Below, in pieces: positions 8,647-16,582 of a DNA stretch of 64,000 nucleotides. Under the pieces are notes generated by a model. That model was given only the letters and a program-made list of their open reading frames with translations, was not told where the DNA came from and did no database searches. This DNA is from Candidatus Limnocylindria bacterium (lineage in GTDB: Bacteria > Chloroflexota > Limnocylindria > Limnocylindrales > CSP1-4). The stretch is from contig DATKBR010000099.1 in assembly GCA_035513775.1 (NCBI GenBank), positions 1,879-65,878 on the forward strand, given 5' to 3'. The position numbers and the translations under genes were made by a program. Within the stretch, counting starts at the first letter, position 1; every line of letters begins with the position of its first letter.

Positions 8647-9891
8647 TCAGTCCGGCGCGAGGCCGACCCCGCGTCCCGGGTGGGGGAGCGGTGCCTGCCA
8701 CGGGATGCCGGCCCGGATCGTGTTCCGGATCCGGATCCTTGCCGATGCGTGCCGGTCCGTCCGCACGCCGGACTGCTGCGCTCCCGAGTCCCTGAACGTG
8801 AAGTCGCCCTCCTCGACGTCGAACACCGTCAGGTCGGCGGTCCGGCCGAGCCCGATCGCGCCGATGGGCGAGGAGCGGCCGATCGCGGCTGCCGGCCGGC
8901 TCGTGACCGATTCGATCACCCGCGAGAGCGGCATGCCGAGCGCGAGGAACTTCGACATCGTCGTGGGCAGGTCGTAGACCGGCCCCGCCGCGCTCAGTGA
9001 GTGGATGTCAGTGCTGATCGTGTCCGGCCAGAAGCCCTCGGCGATCGCGATATCAGCGACGCGATACGAGAAGCTCCCCGAACCGTGCCCGACGTCGAAC
9101 AGGACGCCGCGGGCACGTGCCTCGTGGACCCCGCGCCCGAGCCGGCCGTCCTCGACGAGGGTATTGTCGGATCCGGTGAAGCAGTGGGTGACGATGTCGC
9201 CCGGTCGCATCAGCTCGAGCAGCTCGCCGATGGGGCGCGGGCAGTACCCGATGTGCATGATCACCGGGATGCCAGCTCCCTCGCCGATCGCGATTGCCCG
9301 CCGGAGGGGCTCGAGATCGTGGTCCCGGATGACCTGCGGCGCCGTCATCCGCACCTTGACCCCGATGACGATGTCCGGGTTCTCGCGCGCCGCCCGGATC
9401 CCGGCCGGGACGTCGAGCATGTCAAGATCCGTGGCCTCGCCGGCCGGCCAGGGGGCAAGCCCCACGTTCGACACGTGGAGGAAGGCGAGCACCCGGGTCC
9501 GGTTGGCCTCGACCGCCAGGCGGCGGAACGCCTCGATCGTGTGGGCGCCGGCGTCGCCAGCGCTGACGCAGGTCGTCACCCCGGTTGTCGAGCTGATCTC
9601 GTCGGCCGGGACCGTCAGGCCGCACACGCCGACGAAGACATGCGTGTGCAGGTCGATGAACCCCGGGGCCACGATGCGATCGGTGGCGTCGATCACCAGC
9701 GTCCCCAGGTCGAGCGGCATCTGCATCCGTCGCTCGGCGATCCGGTCCGAGAGATCCGGCCCGATGGCCGCGATCCGGCCGTACCGGACGCCGACGTCGA
9801 GCCGGGCATCCAGCCCGCTGCCCGCGTCGAGCACCCGTCCACCGCGGATTACCAGGTCGAGGGCCTGGTCGTCGTCGATGCGCAGTGTCAT
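8647..9891 (-). CDS. amidohydrolase-superfamily metallohydrolase (dihydroorotase/deacylase-like)
   Basis: 414 aa. The N-terminal beta-sandwich (LVIRGGRVLDAG...RIAAIGPDL) is followed by the metal-binding motif PGFIDLHTHVF, with later H and D ligands (VIMHIGY, LFDVGHG, STDIHS). Confidence 0.8.
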   Translation of the reverse strand: MTLRIDDDQALDLVIRGGRVLDAGSGLDARLDVGVRYGRIAAIGPDLSDRIAERRMQMPLDLGTLVIDATDRIVAPGFIDLHTHVFVGVCGLTVPADEISSTTGVTTCVSAGDAGAHTIEAFRRLAVEANRTRVLAFLHVSNVGLAPWPAGEATDLDMLDVPAGIRAARENPDIVIGVKVRMTAPQVIRDHDLEPLRRAIAIGEGAGIPVIMHIGYCPRPIGELLELMRPGDIVTHCFTGSDNTLVEDGRLGRGVHEARARGVLFDVGHGSGSFSYRVADIAIAEGFWPDTISTDIHSLSAAGPVYDLPTTMSKFLALGMPLSRVIESVTSRPAAAIGRSSPIGAIGLGRTADLTVFDVEEGDFTFRDSGAQQSGVRTDRHASARIRIRNTIRAGIPWQAPLPHPGRGVGLAPD

Positions 9892-9931
9892 CGCGAGCCT
9901 CCTGTTCGCCGGCCGTTCGCCGCGCCATGGG

Positions 9932-11158
9932 TCATGGGTGCAGCGCCTGCCGGATCCTGTCGAGCGCGTCGAGCCGCATCAGGCCGTAGTGGTAGAAGTC
10001 GACGCGGCTGACGGCGTGGCGCTCCGCGAGCTCTATCTTGACCCGCAGGTTATCGACGCTCGTGGAGTCCGGGGCTGTCGGCCGGAGCGCGACCACGAGG
10101 CGCGGCCCGGGACCCAGCACCTCGCGGTAGGCGGCCATGTCTCCCGCGATCCACGCCGGGTCAGCCGCGTAGCCCAGGATCTCGATGTCGTCGGATGCGC
10201 CCGCCAGGCCGGCGAGGTCCAGCCCGAGCTGCCACGCGATCGTCGGGCTGGGGGCCCCGACGGGCCGGCCCGTGGCGTATCCCTTGTACGCCCCTGACGG
10301 GTCGAGGAACGTGAGCCTGACGCCCGCGGCGGAGAGGACAACGCGGAGCTCCGCCGCCAGGCTGGTCACGACCCGCTCGCGCATCCGGAGGTAGCCGCCG
10401 AGGTCGCCGCCGGCCATGGCCGCGACCTCGTCCCGGGTCAGTTCGCCCGGCGGGTCGTCTACATCCGCCTGAAACGCCTGCTCGATCTGCCCCGCCGCCC
10501 AGCGCCGGATCGCCTCCCCGTCCAGCCCGTCGCGGCCGGCCTCGACCAGGCACGACGCGCAGAAGCAGAGCCCCATCAGCAGCCGTGTGCGCGGTCCCAA
10601 CGGCAGGAAGTAGCGCTCGTGGTGGACCCCGTGCTCGAGCGGGAAGAACTGGACGGCCTCCGAGAGCACCGTCCGGACCCCGCGTCCCGCGACGTCCCGG
10701 GCCAGCGCACGAGCGTAGGCGCGGCCCCCCGGGTTCGACGCGCAGAGGTCGGTCTGGATCGGGTCACCGAACGCGTTCCGCGGGGCCTGCTCGAGGTGCT
10801 CGCCGAGCCGGTCGTGGTGCAGGAACACCGTCCAGGCATGGACGTCGATGCCTCGCCGGTCGGCCGCGCCGACGAGGTCCGCGAGCGGATCGCCGGCGTC
10901 CGCGAGCCGGCTAGGGCGGGCCTTGACGGTCGAATCGGCCCAGGCCGCCGGGTTGGGGCGGAAGAATGTCGAGCCCGGCTCCAGGTAGCGGACGTGGCCC
11001 GACCGCCCATGCGGGAAGACGTCGCGGCCCTCGTGGTAGGTCACGGCCATGAGCACGCCGTTGGCTCCGGCCCGATCGACGACATTCGAGACGACTTCGT
11101 CGGCCCCCTCGTCGATGACGTCGTAGGCGAACGTGAACAGCGCCGCATCCATGCTCAT
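9932..11158 (-). CDS. uncharacterised conserved protein, paralogue A (CFCxxC motif, TIM-barrel-like guess)
   Basis: The real start is taken at the ATG in the ATGA overlap with the upstream PLP gene stop (11155-11158). The 593-aa ORF's N-terminal 185 aa is Arg/Gly/Pro shadow. It shares blocks with 45694-46893: FTFAxDxxDEGAD, AWTVxLH, GxHHER, CFCxxC and the C-terminal FYxYGxMRLxALDxIRxAL. Confidence 0.7.
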   Translation of the reverse strand: MSMDAALFTFAYDVIDEGADEVVSNVVDRAGANGVLMAVTYHEGRDVFPHGRSGHVRYLEPGSTFFRPNPAAWADSTVKARPSRLADAGDPLADLVGAADRRGIDVHAWTVFLHHDRLGEHLEQAPRNAFGDPIQTDLCASNPGGRAYARALARDVAGRGVRTVLSEAVQFFPLEHGVHHERYFLPLGPRTRLLMGLCFCASCLVEAGRDGLDGEAIRRWAAGQIEQAFQADVDDPPGELTRDEVAAMAGGDLGGYLRMRERVVTSLAAELRVVLSAAGVRLTFLDPSGAYKGYATGRPVGAPSPTIAWQLGLDLAGLAGASDDIEILGYAADPAWIAGDMAAYREVLGPGPRLVVALRPTAPDSTSVDNLRVKIELAERHAVSRVDFYHYGLMRLDALDRIRQALHP

Positions 11159-12237
11159 GTCGCAGGATGTCCCTTCGATGCCGAGGCCATGTCGAGGATC
11201 GCATCCCGGTAGGCGAACACCGCGGGCAGGCCGCCGGTGTGGAGGAATACGACCGTGTCCGTGCTCGTGAGTTGTCCTTGCTGGACGGCGGCGATCAGGG
11301 CCGCCATCGCCTTGCCCGTGTAGACAGGGTCGAGCAGCAGCCCTTCCCTGCGAGCGACGATGCGCATCGCGTCGAGCCCCGCGGCAGACGGCCGGGCGTA
11401 GCCTGGCCCGATGAACCGGTCGTCCGTGTCGATCTCTGTCTCGGAGACCGACAGGCGGAGGCCCAGGACGCCGGCGGCGAGGTTGGCTGATTCGGCGGTT
11501 CGGGCGGCCATGCTCGGGCCGGCCCAGGTAATAGGCGCGATCCCCTTGACGGCCACGTCCCACCCGACCGCCTTCGCCCCCAGGACCAGTCCGCTCTGGG
11601 TTGGGCCCGCCGCCGCTGCCCAGATGTGGGTTGGCGTGACCCCGGCCGCCTCGCACTGGGCCATCAGCTCGGGCACCGCGGCGACGTAGCCGAGGGCCGC
11701 GCTCGGCGCCCACGGGTCGATCTTGAACGCCCGCCTCCCGGCCGCTCGCAGCTCGTCCACGATCTCGTCGAGCCGCTCGGCCACGACGAAGGTGATGTCC
11801 GCCTCATCGACGAAGCGGACGTCGGCTCCCAACCAGAGGTCCAGCAGGACGTTGCCCTGGATCTCGGGCATCTCCGTGTTGCGCAGGACGAGGACGATCG
11901 GGATGCCGAGCTTGGCCGCTGCCGCCGCGGCCTGTCGGGACCAGTTTGACTGGATGTTGGCGCCGGTCACGAGCACCTCCGGCTGGCGGATCAGCAGGTC
12001 GCCGAGGACGTATTCCAGGGTGCGCGTCTTGTTGCCGCCGAACGCCAGACCGGTGAGGTCGTCCCGCTTGACGAGGATGCGCGGCCCGCCGAGCGTCTCC
12101 GACAGCCTCGGGAGCTCCTCGAGCGGCGTCGGGAAGTGGCCCAGCCTGACCCGGGGCTGGTTGTCGATCCTCGCGAGCAGCTCGGCGGCAGTGACCCGTG
12201 ACGGCAGGTCCGCCGAGCCTGCAGACGCAGAGGTCAC
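11155..12237 (-). CDS. PLP-dependent ACC deaminase / D-cysteine desulfhydrase family enzyme
   Basis: 360 aa. The PLP-lysine motif AFGGNKTRTLEYVL is typical of the tryptophan-synthase-beta-fold ACCD/DcyD family. Confidence 0.85.
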   Translation of the reverse strand: MTSASAGSADLPSRVTAAELLARIDNQPRVRLGHFPTPLEELPRLSETLGGPRILVKRDDLTGLAFGGNKTRTLEYVLGDLLIRQPEVLVTGANIQSNWSRQAAAAAAKLGIPIVLVLRNTEMPEIQGNVLLDLWLGADVRFVDEADITFVVAERLDEIVDELRAAGRRAFKIDPWAPSAALGYVAAVPELMAQCEAAGVTPTHIWAAAAGPTQSGLVLGAKAVGWDVAVKGIAPITWAGPSMAARTAESANLAAGVLGLRLSVSETEIDTDDRFIGPGYARPSAAGLDAMRIVARREGLLLDPVYTGKAMAALIAAVQQGQLTSTDTVVFLHTGGLPAVFAYRDAILDMASASKGHPAT

Positions 12238-13052
12238 GCCGGGCGCTCGCCTGTGACGGGGCTGCGGAGCGCCCCGATCCCATCGATCGCCGCCACCATC
12301 GTGTCCCCGGCCGCCAGGAAGACAGGTGGCTTCCGGAACACGCCGACACCCGGTGGGGTACCGGTGAGGATGACGTCACCCGGCTCGAGGGTGAAGTGGT
12401 GCGCGCAGAAGGTCATCAGGGAGGGCACGTCGAACAGCAGCTGGTCCGTGTTCGAGCGTTGCATGACGACGCCGTTCACGTGCATCGAGAGCGCGAGGTG
12501 GACGGGATCCGGGAGACCCTCGGGCGTAACCAGCCACGGCCCCATGGGACAGAAGGTGTCGATGGACTTCGCCCGGACAAACTGGACATCACGCGCCTGC
12601 AGGTCCCGGGCGGAGACGTCGTTGGCGATCGTGTACCCCGCGACGGTCGGCCGTCCCGCGCGGTCCCGGGCCCCGACCACGACGGCGAGCTCAACCTCCC
12701 AGTCGACGTTGGTGACGCCGGTCGGCCACGAGACCGGGGTGTCGGGGCCGACGATCGAGCTCGGGAACTTGGCGAAGACGAGCGGCTCGACCGGTGGCTG
12801 GATCCCCTGCTCGAGACAGTGGTCCCGGTAGTTCATCCCGATCGCAATCACCTTGGCGGGTCGCGGCACCGGAGCCATGAGGCGGACTTCCCCGTAGCGG
12901 ACCGAGGGTGCGTTACCAGATGGGACAACCCAGTCGGCCCGCGGGATGGCGAGCAGCGCCTCCATCGGTACGCCCAGATCCACGACGCGGTCCTCGACGA
13001 CCAGGGCGGCCGAGTCGCGGCCCCCGCCGATGTCGATCGACGCAACTCGCAT
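12234..13052 (-). CDS. fumarylacetoacetate hydrolase (FAH) family protein
   Basis: 272 aa. FAH-domain blocks are present: VIAIGMNYRDHCLEQG...PLVFAKFPSSIVGP and LEPGDVILTGTPPGVG. An ATGA overlap joins it to the downstream gene. Confidence 0.85.
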   Translation of the reverse strand: MRVASIDIGGGRDSAALVVEDRVVDLGVPMEALLAIPRADWVVPSGNAPSVRYGEVRLMAPVPRPAKVIAIGMNYRDHCLEQGIQPPVEPLVFAKFPSSIVGPDTPVSWPTGVTNVDWEVELAVVVGARDRAGRPTVAGYTIANDVSARDLQARDVQFVRAKSIDTFCPMGPWLVTPEGLPDPVHLALSMHVNGVVMQRSNTDQLLFDVPSLMTFCAHHFTLEPGDVILTGTPPGVGVFRKPPVFLAAGDTMVAAIDGIGALRSPVTGERPA

Positions 13053-13058
13053 GGGCGC

Positions 13059-13532
13059 CTACTCCCTCCACTCCAGGATGGCGTCGACCTCTACGGACAT
13101 CCCGAACGGCAGGTCAGGGACCCCTACCGACGTCCGGCTGGCGATGGTGGCCGGGCCGTACAGGTCGCGCAGCAGATCCGAGAACCCGTTGAGGACGCGC
13201 GGCTGCTCCGTAAACCCCTCGACAGCGTTCACGTAGCCCGTGACCCGGAGCCACTGGACGACGTCGTCGAGCGAGCCGAGCTCACGTTCGATGGTGCCGA
13301 GCACGTTGAGGGCGGTCAGTTGCGCTGCGGCGATGCCGTCGTCGACCGTGAGGTCCCGCCCGATCTTGCCGAGATACAGCCACTCGTCACCGAACGTCGG
13401 GCCGTGACCGGCGACGTAGACGGTCCGGCCGCTCTTGGCCAAGCGACGGTACGTCAGCGTGACTCCGGGCGGGATCACCTGGCCCGGCGGGATCACCAGG
13501 CCCCGCGAAGCGAGCTTCTCGCGGATTGTCAT
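13059..13532 (-). CDS. RidA/YjgF/TdcF-family protein
   Basis: The start is chosen at the ATG at 13532 (MTIREKLASRGLV), preceded by GGAG. The C-terminal block ASRTSVGVPDLPFGMSVEVDAILE is typical of the family. The longer ORF start at 13580 would bury an operator-like palindrome. Confidence 0.75.
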   Translation of the reverse strand: MTIREKLASRGLVIPPGQVIPPGVTLTYRRLAKSGRTVYVAGHGPTFGDEWLYLGKIGRDLTVDDGIAAAQLTALNVLGTIERELGSLDDVVQWLRVTGYVNAVEGFTEQPRVLNGFSDLLRDLYGPATIASRTSVGVPDLPFGMSVEVDAILEWRE

Positions 13533-13542
13533 GTCGCTCCGG

Positions 13543-13555
13543 TTGGTCTGACCAA
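13543..13555. promoter_or_regulatory. putative GntR/FadR-type operator TTGGTCTGACCAA
   Basis: Perfect 5-3-5 inverted repeat (TTGGT-CTG-ACCAA) lying 11 nt upstream of the RidA start codon. It is a member of the recurring GGY-N3-ACC motif. Confidence 0.55.
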
Positions 13556-13606
13556 TTCGGTTGCTTCGCGGGGTCGCCACCCTCGCCTCGATGACCGCGC
13601 GTGATG

Positions 13607-13635
13607 ATCATAGCTAGCTGATAGATCACCAACAA
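13607..13635 (-). promoter_or_regulatory. candidate sigma-70-type promoter for the RidA-FAH-PLP operon (-35 TTGTTG, 17 nt, -10 TATGAT)
   Basis: Read on the minus strand, TTGTTG (13635-13630) is followed by a 17-nt spacer and TATGAT (12-7 of 136xx: 13612-13607). The site is in the AT-richest part of the divergent intergenic region. Confidence 0.4.
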
Positions 13636-13653
13636 CCCTTGAGATGGCTATTC

Positions 13654-13666
13654 TTGGTCGAACCAA
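13654..13666. promoter_or_regulatory. putative GntR/FadR-type operator TTGGTCGAACCAA
   Basis: 5-3-5 inverted repeat lying 48 nt upstream of the SDR start. It abuts a TATTCT -10-like hexamer at 13649-13654. Confidence 0.55.
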
Positions 13667-13713
13667 CCCGCACAACCGGGCTGCCACCCCGGGCCGAGAC
13701 GACAGGAGCCCAG

Positions 13714-14502
13714 ATGGACCCGAACCACTCCTTTGATGGGCGTGTCGCCCTCGTAGTCGGCGCGGCCGGAGGGATCGGCCGGGCGACGGCACGGGCGTTC
13801 GCTGGCGCGGGAGCTGTCGTGGCCATGGCAGATCTCGACGCCGACTCCACCCGTGCCGCCGCGGAGGGGTTCCCGCCCGGCACGCGTTCATTCCACGCGG
13901 TGGACCTGGCGCAGCCGGGCGGTCCGGCAGCCCTGGTCCGCGAAGTCGTGGAGGCCCACGGCAAGCTGCACGTGGTCGTCGGGGCGGCCGGCTTTCTTCG
14001 CGTGGCCTCGCTGCGCGACCTCGAGGTCGAGGACTGGGACCGCACCCTGGCGGTGAACCTCAGGGGCAACGTCCTCCTCGCCCAGGCGGCGGCGACGGTG
14101 TTCCTCGAGCAGGGCATCCAGGGACGGATCGTCGTGATCGCGTCCATCGTCTCGCGCCTGGCGCGCCTCAACAACGTCGCGTACGCCGCGTCCAAGGCGG
14201 GCCTGGTGCAGGCGGTCAGGTGCATGGCACTGGAGCTGGCGCCGCACGGGATCACGGTCAACGCGGTGTCGCCCGGTTCCACTGCTACGCCGATGCTCCT
14301 CGAGGTGCAGATGCGCGGTTCGAACGAGGCCCTGCGACAGGCCATCGAGGGCGACCTCGCGACGTGGCGGCTGGGCGTGCCCCTGGGCCACCTTGCCGAT
14401 CCGGCGGACCAAGCCGCAGCCATCCTGTTCCTGGCCTCGGACGCCGCCCGACACGTCACCGGGCAGGAACTCTTCGTGGACGGCGGCCAGACCGTCGTCT
14501 GA
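13714..14502 (+). CDS. SDR-family oxidoreductase
   Basis: The ATG at 13714 is preceded by AGGAGC. The product begins MDPNHSFDGRVALVVGAAGGIGRATA (TGxxxGIG motif). The catalytic YAASK and the C-terminal VTGQELFVDGG are present. Confidence 0.85.
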   Translation: MDPNHSFDGRVALVVGAAGGIGRATARAFAGAGAVVAMADLDADSTRAAAEGFPPGTRSFHAVDLAQPGGPAALVREVVEAHGKLHVVVGAAGFLRVASLRDLEVEDWDRTLAVNLRGNVLLAQAAATVFLEQGIQGRIVVIASIVSRLARLNNVAYAASKAGLVQAVRCMALELAPHGITVNAVSPGSTATPMLLEVQMRGSNEALRQAIEGDLATWRLGVPLGHLADPADQAAAILFLASDAARHVTGQELFVDGGQTVV

Positions 14503-14536
14503 TCGGGTCAGACGGTCTCGGGGCTTTCGTCCATCG

Positions 14537-15865
14537 CTAGAAGAAGGTGGGGACCAGGCCTCGGACCCGTCGGGCGTCATCGACCGCGAGCATGACCCGC
14601 CAGCGCTCGAACGCCTCACAGGGGTGCGAGATTCCACATCCGATGAGATCGCCGGGCGCCGGATCGATGCGGCCGCCGAGGTCCAGGTAGGCATGTTGGT
14701 CGTCCATCCGTCGGACACGGATGGCGGGCTCGATCGGCTCGACTTCGTGGCCGCGCCGGAGGTGCCACCGGGCCAAGGGCGTGTCGATGCGCGCCGGCGC
14801 GTCGCGGTGGCCGAAACCCACTACCGCGAGCTCACGCTCCGGCCGGGAGATAACGACTCCCCAGAGCTCGAGCGCTGCCTGCAGCCGGCCGTACTGCGGG
14901 AGCCGACCGCTGGTGGCCGACATCGGGGATGACCGCAGGTAGAGGCCGTCGTCGTGCGTCACGTAGCCACCCGGCCGGAGGACCAGTTGGTAGTCGGGCA
15001 AGGCCGACCTGCCAAGCATGGCCACCACGCGGTCGAAGTAGACGCTGCCTCCGGCACTCACCAGCGGCTTCGCGACGGCAAGGTCGGGCAGGATCCGGCG
15101 TGCGACCTCGGCGAGCGAATCAAGGTACGCGTCCGCGGCCAGCTCGCGGGCCTCCGCCGTGTCCCCGGGAGCAATCCCCTCATATCCCTCGATCCCGAGG
15201 AGTTCGACCCGGGGATGCGCCTCGCGAGCGGCGCGGATGACGCGGTCGATCGAGCCCGGGTCGCGAGCCCCGGCGCGGCCGCCCGGGAAGCCATGCTCGA
15301 CGAGCATGCCGACGGGGCGATCGAGCCCAGCCGCCGTTGCGGCATCCGCCCACGCTGCCACATTGACCGGATCATCTACCAGTACGATCAGCGAGAACGT
15401 GGGATCGGCGGACAGCTCGGCGACGAGCCTGCCGATCTCGCCGGGATGGGTGACCTCGTTCGCGATGAGGATCCGGCCGATGCCGAACGCGCGGCAGCTG
15501 AGTGCCTGCCGCGTGGTTGCGACCGTCACGGCCCACGCCCCAGCCCGCAGCTGCTCGGCAATGATGTGCGGGGCCATGGTCGTCTTGCAGTGCGGCGCCA
15601 GCCAGGCCCCCGCATCGTCGCAGAAGGACTGCATGGTCGCGATGTTTGCCAGGAGGGAGTCCCAGCGCACGACCATCTGAGGGAAGGTCACGCGGTCGTC
15701 GAACGCGGAGATCCCGGCTTCGGCGATGCCCGCCGGCGTCGCGGCGACGTCACGCGGCCCGCTGCGGAAGGAGGGATCGAGGGGCCGTGCCGCCCAGCTG
15801 CGCAGCGCTGCGTCGAGCGGCGCGAGTCCCGTCCCGGTGGCCGCTGCGTCGCCCGCGGCCGTCAC
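14537..15865 (-). CDS. DSD1-type PLP enzyme (alanine-racemase-fold N domain plus D-serine-dehydratase-like C domain)
   Basis: 442 aa. The GTG start overlaps the stop of the lipoyl-domain gene (GTGA at 15862-15865). It carries the PLP-lysine block LAPHCKTT and overall resembles the D-Ser dehydratase / D-Thr aldolase / D-3-hydroxyaspartate enzyme family. Confidence 0.75.
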   Translation of the reverse strand: MTAAGDAAATGTGLAPLDAALRSWAARPLDPSFRSGPRDVAATPAGIAEAGISAFDDRVTFPQMVVRWDSLLANIATMQSFCDDAGAWLAPHCKTTMAPHIIAEQLRAGAWAVTVATTRQALSCRAFGIGRILIANEVTHPGEIGRLVAELSADPTFSLIVLVDDPVNVAAWADAATAAGLDRPVGMLVEHGFPGGRAGARDPGSIDRVIRAAREAHPRVELLGIEGYEGIAPGDTAEARELAADAYLDSLAEVARRILPDLAVAKPLVSAGGSVYFDRVVAMLGRSALPDYQLVLRPGGYVTHDDGLYLRSSPMSATSGRLPQYGRLQAALELWGVVISRPERELAVVGFGHRDAPARIDTPLARWHLRRGHEVEPIEPAIRVRRMDDQHAYLDLGGRIDPAPGDLIGCGISHPCEAFERWRVMLAVDDARRVRGLVPTFF

Positions 15866-16107
15866 GCGGGATCGGTGTCGTCGATGTAGCCGAGTACGAT
15901 CTCGACGGGGACGGGATCGTTGCTGGCGGCCACGAGGATCTCGAGCCGTCCGTCCGCAGGAGCCTCGATCTCGGCGTTGGCCTTGTCGGTCTCCACGACG
16001 AGCAAAGGGTCGCCCTTGGCGACGCGCTCTCCGCTATGCCGCAGCCACTCCACGACCGTCGCCGACTCCATCAGGCCCAGTTGCGGGATGACGATCTCGG
16101 TCCTCAT
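15862..16107 (-). CDS. free-standing lipoyl-attachment domain protein (81 aa)
   Basis: MRTEIVIPQLGLMESATVVEWLRHSGERVAKGDPLLVVETDKANAEIEAPADGRLEIL carries the ETDKA lipoyl-lysine motif. The ATG lies in an ATGA overlap with the RidA stop (16104-16107). No E2 catalytic domain follows. Confidence 0.8.
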   Translation of the reverse strand: MRTEIVIPQLGLMESATVVEWLRHSGERVAKGDPLLVVETDKANAEIEAPADGRLEILVAASNDPVPVEIVLGYIDDTDPA

Positions 16108-16541
16108 TCCGCCGCGCCTTTCGGCAGTGGCGCGTAGGCAATGCATTCGATCTCCACCAGGTAGATGCCGTAGATCTTCCCGCCGACGGACGTCCGGGCG
16201 GGCGGCTCGGTCGGGAAGTACTCCTGGTAGACCCGGTTGTAGGCAAGGAAGTCACGATCGACGTCGCGGAGGAACGTATTGACCTTCACGACGTCCGCGA
16301 GCGTGGCGCCGGCCGCCGCGAGCGCCCCCTTGATGCTCTCGAGTGCTTGGCGCGTTTCCGCCTCGATGCCGCCCGGGATCAGCTCGCCGGGCAGCCACGT
16401 CGTGCCCTCCCCGCTTGGCGGGCGGTTCGGCAACAGGCCGGCGTGCCCGGACACGAAGACGAGGTCACCAGCCCGCACCGCGGGTGAGAGGAACGGATGA
16501 TCCGGGGGTCCGTCCGGAACCTTGATCACGACCTTGCTCAT
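16104..16541 (-). CDS. RidA/YjgF-family protein
   Basis: 145 aa with FVSGHAGL..., VVKVNTFLRDV and PARTSVGG...VEIECIAY blocks typical of RidA. Confidence 0.85.
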   Translation of the reverse strand: MSKVVIKVPDGPPDHPFLSPAVRAGDLVFVSGHAGLLPNRPPSGEGTTWLPGELIPGGIEAETRQALESIKGALAAAGATLADVVKVNTFLRDVDRDFLAYNRVYQEYFPTEPPARTSVGGKIYGIYLVEIECIAYAPLPKGAAE

Positions 16542-16582
16542 CGCCTGCTACTCCTCGCTTGTCCGTGCCAGCGTTGCGCCTG

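Noticed and set aside
11159-11713. N-terminal 185 aa of the 593-aa ORF (9932-11713)
   Set aside because: It overlaps the well-supported PLP enzyme gene in another frame and is low complexity. The paralogue alignment and the ATGA coupling point to the start at 11158.
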